A stretch of 63,249 bases of DNA, counting the filler, from Octopus bimaculoides (lineage: Eukaryota), in the NCBI RefSeq assembly GCF_001194135.2. It is 5 parts of 5 records of this genome, joined end to end, with 100 filler letters (N's around TTAATTAATTAA, not from the genome) between each part and the next. Parts side by side here need not be neighbours in the genome. Positions count along the whole stretch, not along the records: positions 22,809 to 36,915 come from NC_069009.1; positions 37,016 to 44,202 come from NC_069007.1; 3 more parts are not named here. One strand, given 5' to 3'. The notes beneath the pieces are model-generated. The model worked only from the letters and a program-made list of their open reading frames with translations, was not told the DNA's origin and ran no database searches. The translations under genes were made by a program, and so were the position numbers. Of this stretch, positions 27,884 to 40,833 are shown piece after piece (position 1 is the stretch's first letter; each line of letters begins with the position of its first letter).

Positions 27884-28034
27884 TCATATATTTATATATA
27901 CACACATATATTTATACACACACACACATATTTTTTATATATACACATATATTTATACATACACACACATATATATATTTATACATACACATATATATTT
28001 ATACATACACATATATATATTTATATGCACACAG

Positions 28035-28067
<33 letters not shown>

Positions 28068-29994
28068 CACACACACAATATATATACACACATATATATA
28101 TATGCTTGTGTGTATTTGTTTCCCATCTCTTGACTATTGTCGATGTTGACCTGTTGATGTCCCCGTGTATATCAAAATTGGTTTCAGCTATTGTCATTGT
28201 AATCTCGTGACTGGCCACTCCTGTCTGGCTAATGTCCTAGTTTAGTGCCGGATTTGAAACGGAAATCAAAATTACCAGCCTCATTCATGCCTTCCGTTTA
28301 AATCGAAACCAACTCTAATGACGAAATCTGAAACGTGTACCATTTTTTTTTTTGTCTTCTCTGTTTGTCCGAGTTGTTGGACTGTGGCCATGCTGAAGCA
28401 CCACCTTAAATTTTTTATCGAGAGCCCTAAACACGCGTGTGCGTATTCTTTACTTTCGCCGGCGTTACTTCGGTATTGGTCTAGAGCAGCGGTTCTCAAT
28501 CAGGGTCCATAAGGCCCTCGAGGGTTCACATTAGATTTTTGGGGGTTCGTACAACAAAATAGTAAATTAGGGATCTACAATAGTATCTTAAGGGGTGCTA
28601 ACGTGGAAGTACAGAATACGCATACCACCCGTTTTCGGCGTAACCCGAAACACTGGATGTGCGTATTGCTTTAGACGTATGTTTTGCAAGAAACATCTAG
28701 ATTTCTTTCATAGTTCGATCTACACAAATTAATGTGTGAAACCGCCTTTGGCTCTGTAGTACAAACGTCTTGTTTGCATAAGTTTTGAATTAAAATCTTC
28801 CACCAAAATTAGTCACAATCTATGTTCCTAACACTAGCTGAATAATAACTAAGTTCTTTTACTAAATTCTTTGTTATATTTAAAATTAATTGAAAGAAAC
28901 ACAGAGCATTGCAACAGAAATATGGTAACAAAAGGGTTAAGGGCTTTCTACTACAGCCCTGGGCTGATCAACGCTTTGTGAGTGGAGTTTGTGTGTGTGT
29001 GTGTGTTCTTGCATTGGCTTCGTATAATTGTAAACGAGTGTCACTGTCATACAAGCGGTATCCTTCCTTACCAATATTCTGTTAACATGCCACCAGCATG
29101 AGTGCCAGTAAGGTGAAGCTGGAAACGATCGCGCTCAAATGGTGCTTTTTACGGAAACAGTGATTCCGCTCAAATGGTGCTTTTTACGGAAACAGTGATT
29201 CCGCTCGGATGATGCTGTTAGCGCACCACTGGCATCGAATTGAGATGCATAAATAAGGTCGTCATTGACTTCTGACCAATCAACTTTACAATAATTGGCG
29301 CACCAGCTCCCGTCAGCAATAGCTTCCCTTAGGTTTGGTTATCGATTGCCACTGTGTTGGATGACCATCATGTCACAGAGACATTGAGGCAACCTCGTAT
29401 TTGTTTACAAGACTGCTTGAAACTCCAAAATTTTTGACTAACTCCAGTATTATCGCATAATACAGAATGTCGTGTGTGACTTTTACCTGAGAATGTACCT
29501 TAAGAATGTAAAAATATAAAACGAAGCTATGTAGACCTGTAGACCGACTTATGAACAGCCAGTCGGAACCAATTGTGGTCGTAAGTCGAATCAAATGAAA
29601 CTAAGTCAAATTTGAAACCCATTTACATAAATCATCAGGGATGTTATGTTAATCAAAATATCATTATTGTATTATATGCTTTGAGACATACGTAATTAAG
29701 TTTCAGTGTATTTAAATCAGTAACAGTGGTCTAATTAACATAACATTTCTGAAGATTTGGAGTAAATTGTTTAGAAATAAATTTGTATAAAATTAGCTTC
29801 ATTGAATTTAAATTATGTATGACAATTATGTAATTGTTCATTTGGTGCTGTTTATCTTAATGAAACAGCTGTCGAGCATACTTTTATGGGGAAAATGTTG
29901 CTCTTTACCCTTTAGTGTTCAGATTACTGTCAAATATAATGTTTGATTTATGTCATTTTGAATTTATCATACCTTGTAGTTTAGAGATTTCAAT

Positions 29995-30123
29995 GTTATT
30001 CTTTGTAGGCCTAGTACTTATTCTATCCGTCTCTTTTGCCGAACCGCTAAGTTATGTGGACGTAAACACACCAGCATCGGTTGTCAAGTGGTGTTGGGGG
30101 GACAAACACAGACACGCAAACAT

Positions 30124-30210
<87 letters not shown>

Positions 30211-30368
30211 TATACATATATACGACGGGCTTCTTTCAGTTTCCGTCTACCAAATCCACTCACAAGGCTTTGGTCGGCTCGAGGCTATAGTAGAAGACAC
30301 TTGCCCAAGATGCCACGCAGTGGGACTGAACCCAGAACCATGAGGTTCGTAAGCAAGCTACTTACCAC
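29995..30368 (-). mobile_element. SINE family A with internal (TA)n expansion
   Basis: Reverse complement of the family A body and head. Confidence 0.85.
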
Positions 30369-30909
30369 TTTCTGTCACAACATATGAACGAGAAAGGAAG
30401 GGGTGATGGCAAACTTTGGAGTGGGATGATGGAAGTTCTATGGTGAAAAGAAAGAAAAAAATCAAACAGCGTTTCAACTCTGTGCATGTACAAGAGAAAG
30501 TGTGAATATTTGTATCTGTGATTTATTATGTACCTTATATATAAAATACTACAATTAGCTATCATTTTTGACAGCACGCGGCCAGCAGGTGCTATGTAAT
30601 AGTACTAGGGTGTCTATGTTTTTCTGTGTGTCTGTGTTACACCTGTGTTTCTCCTAAAGAAAAGTGTCATCCAGTACACTTAAATTATGCCTAGGATGTA
30701 TCTTTAACTATGTTTTTATTCCATTGAAACAGATGTTAAAAACAATTAAAACATGAATTATAGAAAAATTTTAAGCTTTTCAGCTTTTATCCATCTAAAT
30801 GTGTTCATATACACTATATATATATATATACATATAAATATGTAAATGTCATGTGTTTGTAGCTATGTGTATATATTCTTATACACACACACCATTAAAT
30901 AAATGTTTG

Positions 30910-31279
30910 TGGATGTGTGGTAAGACGTCTATTTGTTAGTCACATGCTTCCGGGTTCAGTCCCACTGCATGGCACCTTGGGCAAGTATCTTCTATAGCCC
31001 TGGGACAACCAAAACCTTGTGGGCGGATTTGCTAGATGGAAACTGAAAGAAGCCTGTCGTATATATACATGTATTTGTGTGTGTCTGTGTTTGTCCCCTC
31101 AACATCGCTTGACAACCAATGCTGGTGTGTTTACGTCAACGTAACTTAGCGGTTCAGCAAAAGAGACCGATAGAATAAGTACTAGGCTTACAAAGAATAA
31201 GTCCTAGGGTCGATTTGCTTGACTAAAGGCGGTGCTCCAGCATGGCCACAGTCAAATGACTGAAACAAGTAAAAGAGTA
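30910..31279 (+). mobile_element. SINE family A
   Basis: Homology to 6215-6624. Confidence 0.85.
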
Positions 31280-32075
31280 ACAGGCAAATGTTAGCAACTG
31301 GAAGAGCATTTTGGTTGTAAAAGACCAACCTCAACAAATTCAGTCTGACACATGCAAGCATGGAAAAATGTATGTTAAAGGATGATGATAATGATGTGTG
31401 TGTGTACCCTTGTCTTCGCATTTCCAGTCCATGCTGACAATGTAAGCATTGAAAAGTGGTCGTTAAACAATGGTGAATGGGACAGACGCTTTATTTTTTT
31501 TTTTTTGGTTTGAATCTAGATGAAAATTCACACCAATGCCTCTTTCTGTGTGAGACATTGTTCTGTGTAAATGATTGTCTTTATCATTGTTTGTATCAAC
31601 GCAATGAGATTACATTTGCGGGGAACCTAACAGAGGAGACAGTGAAATGAGATAAAATATTTTACATCACATGTTCTAAACAATGTGGCTATATAACAAA
31701 GCAATGGTTTTATAAGTGACAAACACTGAGCACATTTTAACAGTTTTTTTTTTTTTTAATTTTACTTGTTTGTTGTTTTTTGACTGTGGCCATGTTGGGT
31801 TTTAGTCAAACGAATCAACCTCGTTAGTTTGTTTTTAAGCCTAATACTTGGTCTAGCGGTCCGTTTTTGCGTAACCCCTAAGTTACTGGGACATAAATAC
31901 ACACACACACTCATACATACATACATATACAAGTGGGTGCTGAAAACTTCATGGTAGCAGGCACTTGCCCAAGGTGCCATGTAGTGGGACTGATCTCAGA
32001 ACCATGTGGTTGAGAAGCAAGCTTCATATAACACAGCCATAGATGTATAAAAATGTTTATACGTACTTATATATA

Positions 32076-32938
32076 CAGGGTGCGCTGAATTAAACTGTCA
32101 TCTAAATTACGCAAAAATGAAAATAACACTGACATCTCATTTTAACATATAATTACCAAAATTGCATAAAAATTATCTTGAAATACTAAAGAGTAAATTT
32201 ATTCAATAAAATCGCCACTGAGTTCAACCACAGCCTTCAGACGAACTCGGAATCTCCTGCAACTCTTCTGGAAGGTCGCCTTGTTTAAGTTGGTGAATGC
32301 TGCTATAACCCTTGCCTTCAGTTCATCTTTGGTGTTACAAGGAGTTTTGGTCTCTTGCCCAACTGTCCCTCCACACATAATAATCAAGGGAGTTGCAGTC
32401 TGGGGAGTTTGGCCAGATGTTAGGGGTGATGTGGTTGCAGAAATTGTCTGACATCCATGACTGGGTTCTTTTGCTTGTGTGACGTAGTGCAGAGTCCTAT
32501 TGCCAAACATAGGGTCTTCCAGCAGCCACCCTCTCAAACCCAGGGCAGCACTATCTCCTTCAGGCACTTGATGTAGGCCTCCATGTTGAGTGTGGGGTCT
32601 TGTGGGAAAATGGAGACATAACGTTGCTATCACTAGTGATCACTCCAGACACCATGGTGTTGCCTGGCTGTTTGATTTTTATCACTCTCGGTACATGTCC
32701 TCAGATTGACACCCAAACACTCTGAAATGTTCGTATTTGGAGCTTCTGGCATGAATGCCAAGCAGCATAGCATGTTTCCAAATTTCTGGCAGAATGAATT
32801 GCATGATGGTCCTGATTTTCTCACAGATGATCCACAACTGACCCTACTATACTGTGCAGTCGATAAAATCAAAATCAAACAATGCACATTTGTGAAATTA
32901 AAAATATACAATGGTGACAATTTACCTATTGCACCCTG
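32076..32938 (-). mobile_element. Tc1/mariner-superfamily element, internally deleted and decayed
   Basis: TIRs CAGGGTGC..........(A/T)..TGTCA.C; C-terminal peptide ETKTPCNTKDELKARVIAAFTNLNKATFQKSCRRFRVRLKAVVELSGDFIE is typical of a mariner-like transposase end. Confidence 0.85.
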
Positions 32939-33109
32939 TGTGTGTGTGTTTGTATATGTGTGTGTGTATATATTTATCTACACAGATGTGTGTATTTGTA
33001 TATGTGCATGTTTTATTTATGTGTATATATTTATCTGTATAGATGTTTGTGGATTTGTATATGTGTATATATCTACATAGATATGTGTGTATGTGTGTGT
33101 GTGTGTGTG

Positions 33110-33145
<36 letters not shown>

Positions 33146-33743
33146 TAGATAGGTGTGTATGTAGATGTATGTGTATATATATCTACATAGATATGTGTGT
33201 ATGTAGATGTATGTGTATATATATCTACATAGATGTGTGCGTGTATATGTATGTGTATATTTATCTGCATAGATATGTGTGTGTTTGTGTACTTGTATGT
33301 GCATATATTTATCAGCATAGATATGTTTGTGTATATGTTCATCTGCATAGATATATGTATATATGTGTGTGCATGAATATTTATGTATCTAGTATGTATG
33401 AAAGTTCATCTTTTAGTAAAAACTGGAATTGAAAGCCTAAGAGAACATAACATTAGTATGATAGGAGTGGTGGTCCTGGTAGGAGGAGTAGTAGTATGAG
33501 CCGTTGCTAGTCTGTGTGTCATTTATTCTCACAGAAAACATTAAGATATTCAGTTGAATTTTTGTTTTAAATAAACAACTTTGAATTTGCAGAGGACATT
33601 GACACCCCCCCCCCTCTGGTATATATTCATTCCTGCACATATACAGGCATGCACATACACAAGCATATAACATACATACGTGAATAATACGTGTTTGTGT
33701 GTACACCCACACACACATACATACATACATACACATGGGTATA

Positions 33744-34111
33744 TACTCTTTTACTTGTTTCAGTCATTTGACTGCGGCCATGCTGGAGCACCGCCTTTAG
33801 TTGAGAAAATCGACCCCAGGACTTATTCTTTGTAAGCCTAGTACTTATTCTATCGGTCTCTTTTTGCAGAACTTTTAAGTTACGGGGACGTAAACACACC
33901 AGCATCAGTTGTCAAGCGATGTTGGGGGGACAAACACATATATATATACAACGGGCTTCTTTCAGTTTCAGTCTACCAAATCCACTCACAGGGCTTTGAT
34001 TGGCCCGAGGCTATAGTAGAAGACACTTGCCCAAGGTGCCATGCAGTGGGACTGAACCCAGAGCTATGTGGTTGGTAAGCAAGCTACTTAGCACACAGCC
34101 ACTCCTGCGCC
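33744..34111 (-). mobile_element. SINE family A
   Basis: Full reverse-complement copy. Confidence 0.9.
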
Positions 34112-34533
34112 TATAAGGAGTTTTGTCTCTTTACTTTTGAGATGGTTGTGTATACTGTGTGTCAAGAGGTTCATTATCCTAGTAAAACAAACACAAAATA
34201 TATGCCATTATGCATGTTCACGTGTGCATTTGGTGAGATACAGACACACAGCATGTGGTACATCTGTATGTAATAACATCATATGCATGTCTACATATGC
34301 TGACATAATCATAATTATTGTTACTTCTGCATTCCCTGGCATAATTATTTGGTTATCCCTTTCAGGGTGGGGGCATACAGCCTGGGTTCAAATTTAATTC
34401 AATGAAATTGGGACCCTTTCATCTGTATATTCTACATTTGTGTATTTGTTCATTGAAATTTTGATGGAAGATTTTAATATAGATCACTTTAACCCTTTTG
34501 TTACCATATTTCTGTTAAAATACATTTTTTTTT

Positions 34534-34992
34534 TACTCTTTTTACTTATTTCAGTCATTTGATTGTGGCCATGCTGGAGCACCGCCTTTAGTCGAGCAAA
34601 TCGACCCTAGCACTTAGTATTTTAAACCTAGTACTTATTCTATCAGTCTCTTTTACTGAACCGCTAAGTTACGGGCACATAAACACACCAGCATCGGTTG
34701 TCAAGCGATGTTGGGGGACAAACACAGACACACAAACATATATATGTATATATACGACGGGCTTCTNNNNNNNNNNCAAGCGATGTTGGGGGACAAACAC
34801 AGACACACAAACATATATATGTATATATACGACGGGCTTCTTTTAGTTTCCGTCTACCAAATCCACTCACAAGGCTTTGGTCAGTTTGAGACTATAGTAG
34901 AAGACACTTGCCAAAGGTGCTATGCAGTTGGAATGAACCCGGAACCATGTGGTTGGTGAGCAAGCTACTTACCACACAACCACTCCTGCACC
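34534..34992 (-). mobile_element. SINE family A (internal duplication across a 10-N gap is probably an assembly artefact)
   Basis: Full reverse-complement copy. It appears nested in a TTAACCCT...TTAA-bounded MITE at about 34489-35116. Confidence 0.85.
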
Positions 34993-35265
34993 TATTTACT
35001 AATTTTTAGAACAACATTATTGGGTAGGTGTTAGGGTCCACATCAAGGTAATTTGAATATAAAACATGCAGAATATTTTGGCTGGATATGGCCGGTTTAA
35101 ATGGTAAAGGATTAAACATAGCCTGTGATGTATAAACAGAGGCATCATCAAACGGATTGATATCAAAAGGGTTAAAAGCTGGTCTCGTTGATATTTAATA
35201 ATTAAGGACCCAGTTTAATTTGTTCTTCCTAATGGACTAATTAGTGTCTTCGTTTTCTTTAACAG

Positions 35266-35362
35266 GTTACGTTTGTGATGATGCTCTCATACCGAAGAAT
35301 GCGTCTGTCATTGTTACCAGAGTTCCAGTGAATGAGCCACAACGGTCACAAATGAGAACATG
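35266..35362 (+). CDS. RBBP6: RBBP6 coding exon 2
   Basis: Acceptor TTTTCTTTAACAG|GT. Completes CGT (Arg), then YVCDDALIPKNASVIVTRVPVNEPQRSQMRT (compare YTDDNALIPKNSSVIVRRIP). Phase-2 donor TG|GTGTGT is a weak match, so the 3' boundary is less sure. Confidence 0.9.
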
Positions 35363-35405
35363 GTGTGTATATTTAAGAATATTATTTGGTTGTGAAGTGA
35401 TGATT

Positions 35406-35781
35406 GGCGGCTGTGGTGGCATGCCAAGGGTTTTGTGGTGTCATAGGGATCGCGGTTTCGATTCCCAGACCGGGCTTTGTGCGTGTTTATTGAGCGAAAA
35501 CACCTAAAAGCCCCATGAGGCTCCGGCAGGGGATGGTGGCGAACCCTGCTGTACTCTTCCACCACAACTTTCTCTCACTCTTACTTCCTGTTTCTGTTGT
35601 ACCTGTAATTCAAAGGGTCAGCCTTGTCAGATTGTGTCACGCTGAATATTCCCGAGAACTACGTTAAGGGTACACGTGTCTGTGGAGTGCTCAGCCACTT
35701 GCACATTAATTTCACGAGCAGGCTGTTTCGTCGATCGGATCAACTGGAACCCTCGACGTTGTAAGTGACGGAGTGCCAACA
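35406..35781 (+). mobile_element. SINE family B (tRNA-Arg-like head, tail GATCAACTGGAACCCTCGACG)
   Basis: GGTTTCGATTCCCAGACCGGG B box; copies at 37016-37226 (+), 40834-41230 (-), 42063-42347 (-) and 50347-50700 (-). Confidence 0.85.
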
Positions 35782-36339
35782 TATATATATCATCATCATA
35801 TGTCCGTTGTGCATGCTGGAAGGCTACACCAGACTCCAGTCTGATTTGACAAGGCTTTCTATGGCTAGATGCCCTTCCTAACGCCAACCACTCTGAGAGT
35901 TCATACTTACATATACATATTATACTTATTACACACACATACATATATGTATTACACACATATGTTATAATTGTTACATATTCATGTATTATACTTATAG
36001 TATATATATATTATAAAGCAGTTATTTTGTTTCACACAGATTGAAATATAGGAAAAATAGTTGAAAATGCACTGAGAATAGTTAAAATATTTTTATAAAG
36101 ATTTAACAGGTTTCATAGTTTACACTGATTTTCATAAAGTTGAAATAGAAAGACATCTTTATTTCAACTATTTGAAAATCATTGTAAACTGAAACCGGTT
36201 AAATCCTTCAACTTCTATTTTACATATAGATAGTGAGAGGTATACAGGCAGTGTCAGTTTGATGGGTAGGAATTAACTAATATACAGCTAAAACATTTGG
36301 TCACTATAAAGAACCTGTCTATGCTGATTGTTCTCCAAG

Positions 36340-36665
36340 AATCTTCATCTGTCGTTTACAACAGGCACGTGAAAAGTCATTCGAGCGAGATCGTTGCCAG
36401 TGCCGCTGGACTGTGCAGGTGGTACATAAAATACACCATTTGAGCGTGGCCGTTGCTAGTGCCGCCTGACTGACCTTCGTGCCTGTGGCACATAAAAGCA
36501 CCCACTACACTCTAGGAGTGGTTGGCGTTAGGAAGGGCATCCAGCTGTAGAAACTCTGCCTGATCAGATTGGAGCCTGGTGCAGCCATCTGGTTTCACCA
36601 GTCCTCAGTCAAATCGTCCAACCCATGCTAGCATGGAAAGCGGATGTTAAACGATGATGATGATG
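36340..36665 (+). mobile_element. SINE-like repeat with GGTTGGCGTTAGGAAGGGCATCC motif and (GAT)n tail
   Basis: Fragments of the same family at about 35805-35900 (-) and 31300-31395 (+); simple-repeat tail. Confidence 0.7.
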
Positions 36666-36855
36666 TGTGTTGTGACTTACTGCATTTTCTGTGTATCAGT
36701 TAGTGGAGTGTACGGCAAGTACTGCTCCTTGTCTAGTTAGTCCCTTTCTTCACTAAATATATGAACCCTTATTTCGAAATTCTAGAAAAGTTTTATTCTC
36801 AGATTGTTCTTTTTACACAGTCTTCCTTTTTTTTTCTCTCTCTTCTTTCCCTTAG

Positions 36856-36886
36856 GCTACCACGAAGTGATGACTACCGTAAAAGT
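36856..36886 (+). CDS. RBBP6: RBBP6 coding exon 3 (31-nt microexon)
   Basis: Long pyrimidine tract TTCTTTCCCTTAG|G completes TGG (Trp), then LPRSDDYRKS and a phase-0 donor AGT|GTATGT. Exons 1-3 sum to 297 nt (99 codons). Phases 1/2/0 match my recollection of the vertebrate gene. The peptide itself is not conserved. Confidence 0.7.
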
Positions 36887-37514
36887 GTATGTATCTTGAT
36901 TTTTTCCCTTTTTGCNNNNNNNNNNNNNNNNNNNNNNNNNNNNNNNNNNNNNNNNNNNNTTAATTAATTAANNNNNNNNNNNNNNNNNNNNNNNNNNNNN
37001 NNNNNNNNNNNNNNNCTCTCACTTTTACTTCCTGTTTCTGTTGTGCCTGTAATTGAAAGGGTCAGCCTTGTCACACTGTGTCACGCTGAATACCCCCGGG
37101 AACTACGTTAAGGGTACACGTGTCTGTGGAGTGCTCAGCCACTTGCATGTTAATTTCACAAGCAGGCTGTTCCGTTGATCGGATCAACTGGAACCCTCGT
37201 CGCCGTAAGCCATGGAGAGCCAACAACATCTGTTTATTACCCGAAGAGACACATCTGCACCGTCGGATGCTCCTGAACCAGTTGTTGGATATCCCACCCG
37301 TGAGAGATCGATACCACATGGGTCAAAACAATTGTAGTTATTAACAAAAACTCTCATACTTTCCATCTCTCATTAACCAAATACATAACGAACACTGTGG
37401 AAGTCAATGTGCTTTACCAGTAACCTACCAGGTATAAACCATTCGTTTTATTATCTAATAATATTAATAATAATAGTGTATATATAATAATATTAATAAT
37501 AGTGTATATATATA

Positions 37515-37893
37515 GGCGTAAGAGTGGCTGTGTGGTAAGTAGCTTGCTCACCAACCACATGGTTCTGGGTTCAGTCCCACTGCGTGGCACTTTGGGCAAG
37601 TGTCCTCTACTATAGCCTCGGGCCGACCAAAGCCTTGTGACTGGATTTGGTAGACAGAAATTGAAAGAAGCCCGCCGTATATATGTATATATGTATGTGT
37701 TTGTGTTTGTCCCCCCAACATCGCTTGACAACCGATGATGGTGTCTTTACGTCCCCGTAACTTAGCGGTTCGGCAAAAGAGACCGATAGAATAAGTACTA
37801 GGCTTGCAAAGAATAAGTCCTGGGGTCGATTTGCTCGACTAAAGGCGGTGCTGCAGCATGGCCACAGTCAAAAGACTGAAACAAGTAAAAGAG
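37515..37893 (+). mobile_element. SINE family A, full length
   Basis: Homology to 6215-6624. Confidence 0.9.
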
Positions 37894-38590
37894 AGTAAAA
37901 GAGAATATATAAAACAAATACTAAATGAGTATATGCATATATACATACAAGTATGTGCATACCTACATCTACCTGTATATATATATATATAGGTGCATAT
38001 CTGGGTACAGGACAGTGCAAACAAAACGTAGACAAAAAAAAATGATAATAACCAGAGTATAGAACACACAGAGGCCACATAGAGAATATTATTTTCCTTC
38101 ATCAGCTGCCACCATTCTAACACAGGCGTTTCGAAGATTTAGGGCAGAAACACACTGTAAAACATCAGAGCATTAATATATTTAGAAGACAGTTTGTTAT
38201 GGCTGGTCACAGCAGTTGTGTGCCTCCGGCCATTTATGTTTGATGAATCGCCTATACAGCTACGAGCCTTACAGGTGCGAAACCAATGATCCCTCAATGG
38301 CATAGCAAACAACCTTTTAAGCACACACACACACACATATATATATACGCACACATGTATATGTGTGTGTGTGTGTGTGAGTGTCCCTTTCACTGCTTGA
38401 CAACAGGTGGAGGTTTGTTTACGTCGCCACACCATGGCAGAAACCGAAAGTATAAGTGTCAAACTTTAAAAGAGAAAGTATTTCGGTGGCGGGTGCGAGC
38501 TGTCCTACTAAATCCCATTTATGGTAGTGCTCCAGTATTGCCGCAGTCCAATGACTGAAAAAATTAAACACAAAAACAAACAAAAAAAAA

Positions 38591-38795
38591 GGTACTACTA
38601 AAGCAGCATGGTCCCGAGCGCGCGGTCGCGCAAGCTAGTCGTGAGTGGTCGATCCTAGCCCTGTCCCTGTCCCTAACCCTAACCCTATCCCTGACCCTAA
38701 CCCGCGTGTGCAAATGAATACGTGTTTAGGGTTAGGGTTAGGGATAGGGTTGGGGTTGGGATCGACCACTCACGACTGGCTGCTTTAGTAGTACC
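38591..38795. mobile_element. 205-bp fold-back mini-element carrying inverted telomeric repeats
   Basis: Perfect 17-bp outer IR GGTACTACTAAAGCAGC, perfect 19-bp inner IR AGTCGTGAGTGGTCGATCC, and a CCCTAA-type array facing a TTAGGG-type array. Confidence 0.8.
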
Positions 38796-39214
38796 CCCCA
38801 AAAAACCCCATAAAATGGTGTATCTTAGATCATATCGTCCAATGTTACTACTTATCCTTCGCTCAACTTAGTTGATGAAGATTTGGTCGCTATTTCTAGC
38901 AAAGTGAGTGAACGCATAAGATGCCCCCACTCCAGCCTTATTCGTTTGTTTGGTTGTTCAATGAACGAAATTGTTTAAAGAGTGAGACAAATGAATCTTT
39001 ATATGCTTACCTGACAGCTATAATGTGTATATATGGTTTATACATACATGGTTTTATAATGTATATATTCGTATGAGCCTTGTTTTCTAAACATGAGACT
39101 TACAAGCATTTACATCGTATATAAGTTTCCAACTGAACTCATTGTAACTTCTCCACTCCTACAACTCTTTCTATCTCTCTATGTATTCCTTTATCTCTAT
39201 CTCTCTGTATTTCT

Positions 39215-39370
39215 CTTTATTTCGCTCTCTCTCTCTCACCCACTTTATCTATCTACATCTAAACTTTATTTCTCTCTCTCTCTCTCTCACCCTCTTTATC
39301 TATCTACCTCTAAACTTTATTCTTCTCTCTCTCTCTCTCTCACCCTCTTTATCTATCTACCTCTATACTT

Positions 39371-39410
<40 letters not shown>

Positions 39411-39433
39411 TCTTTATCTATCTACCTCTAAAC
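39215..39433. repeat. About 50-bp CT-rich minisatellite running into a gap
   Basis: Unit (CT)nCACCCTCTTTATCTATCTACCTCTAAACTTTATTT repeated at least 4 times. Confidence 0.85.
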
Positions 39434-40833
39434 NNNNNNNNNNNNNNNNNNNNNNNNNNNNNNNNNNNNNNNNNNNNNNNNNNNNNNNNNNNNNNNNNNN
39501 NNNNNNNNNNNNNNNNNNNNNNNNNNNNNNNNNNNNNNNNNNNNNNNNNNNNNNNNNNNNNNNNNNNNNNNNNNNNNNNNNNNNNNNNNNNNNNNNNNNN
39601 NNNNNNNNNNNNNNNNNNNNNNNNNNNNNNNNNNNNNNNNNNNNNNNNNNNNNNNNNNNNNNNNNNNNNNNNNNNNNNNNNNNNNNNNNNNNNNNNNNNN
39701 NNNNNNNNNNNNNNNNNNNNNNNNNNNNNNNNNNNNNNNNNNNNNNNNNNNNNNNNNNNNNNNNNNNNNNNNNNNNNNNNNNNNNNNNNNNNNNNNNNNN
39801 NNNNNNNNNNNNNNNNNNNNNNNNNNNNNNNNNNNNNNNNNNNNNNNNNNNNNNNNNNNNNNNNNNNNNNNNNNNNNNNNNNNNNNNNNNNNNNNNNNNN
39901 NNNNNNNNNNNNNNNNNNNNNNNNNNNNNNNNNNNNNNNNNNNNNNNNNNNNNNNNNNNNNNNNNNNNNNNNNNNNNNNNNNNNNNNNNNNNNNNNNNNN
40001 NNNNNNNNNNNNNNNNNNNNNNNNNNNNNNNNNNNNNNNNNNNNNNNNNNNNNNNNNNNNNNNNNNNNNNNNNNNNNNNNNNNNNNNNNNNNNNNNNNNN
40101 NNNNNNNNNNNNNNNNNNNNNNNNNNNNNNNNNNNNNNNNNNNNNNNNNNNNNNNNNNNNNNNNNNNNNNNNNNNNNNNNNNNNNNNNNNNNNNNNNNNN
40201 NNNNNNNNNNNNNNNNNNNNNNNNNNNNNNNNNNNNNNNNNNNNNNNNNNNNNNNNNNNNNNNNNNNNNNNNNNNNNNNNNNNNNNNNNNNNNNNNNNNN
40301 NNNNNNNNNNNNNNNNNNNNNNNNNNNNNNNNNNNNNNNNNNNNNNNNNNNNNNNNNNNNNNNNNNNNNNNNNNNNNNNNNNNNNNNNNNNTATATATAT
40401 ATATATATATATATATATTTCTCTGTCCGTTGTCCGTTACCCCTCCCTGTCTTACTTAATCACTCTCTCTTCTTCTTTTACTCTCTCTATATATATACTT
40501 CTGTCAATCTCCCTTTCTATCTCACTTTATTACTCTTACTACGTCCCTATCTCTTTCTTCCGCAACCACGCGCGCACGAGAGTACTCGAATATTCCCAAA
40601 CTGCGAACACACATGCGCACGCAAACATAAATGCCCTCACGCGCAAGAGCGCGCGCAAATACAGGTGCGCATCACAGTCACATATAAACATACAAAAGCA
40701 TTAAAATATAAACACGTCTTCACACACAGATCAACAACACACATTTACACTTTTACATACATATAAACAGGTGCACGCTCACACACAGATACGTGTAACG
40801 CATACAAACACATTTCAAGATACAAGCACGGTC

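Noticed and set aside
29129-29205. About 34-bp tandem duplication
   Set aside because: Internal repeat of a SINE-like fragment (GTAAAAAGCACCATTTGAGC also occurs near 36430).
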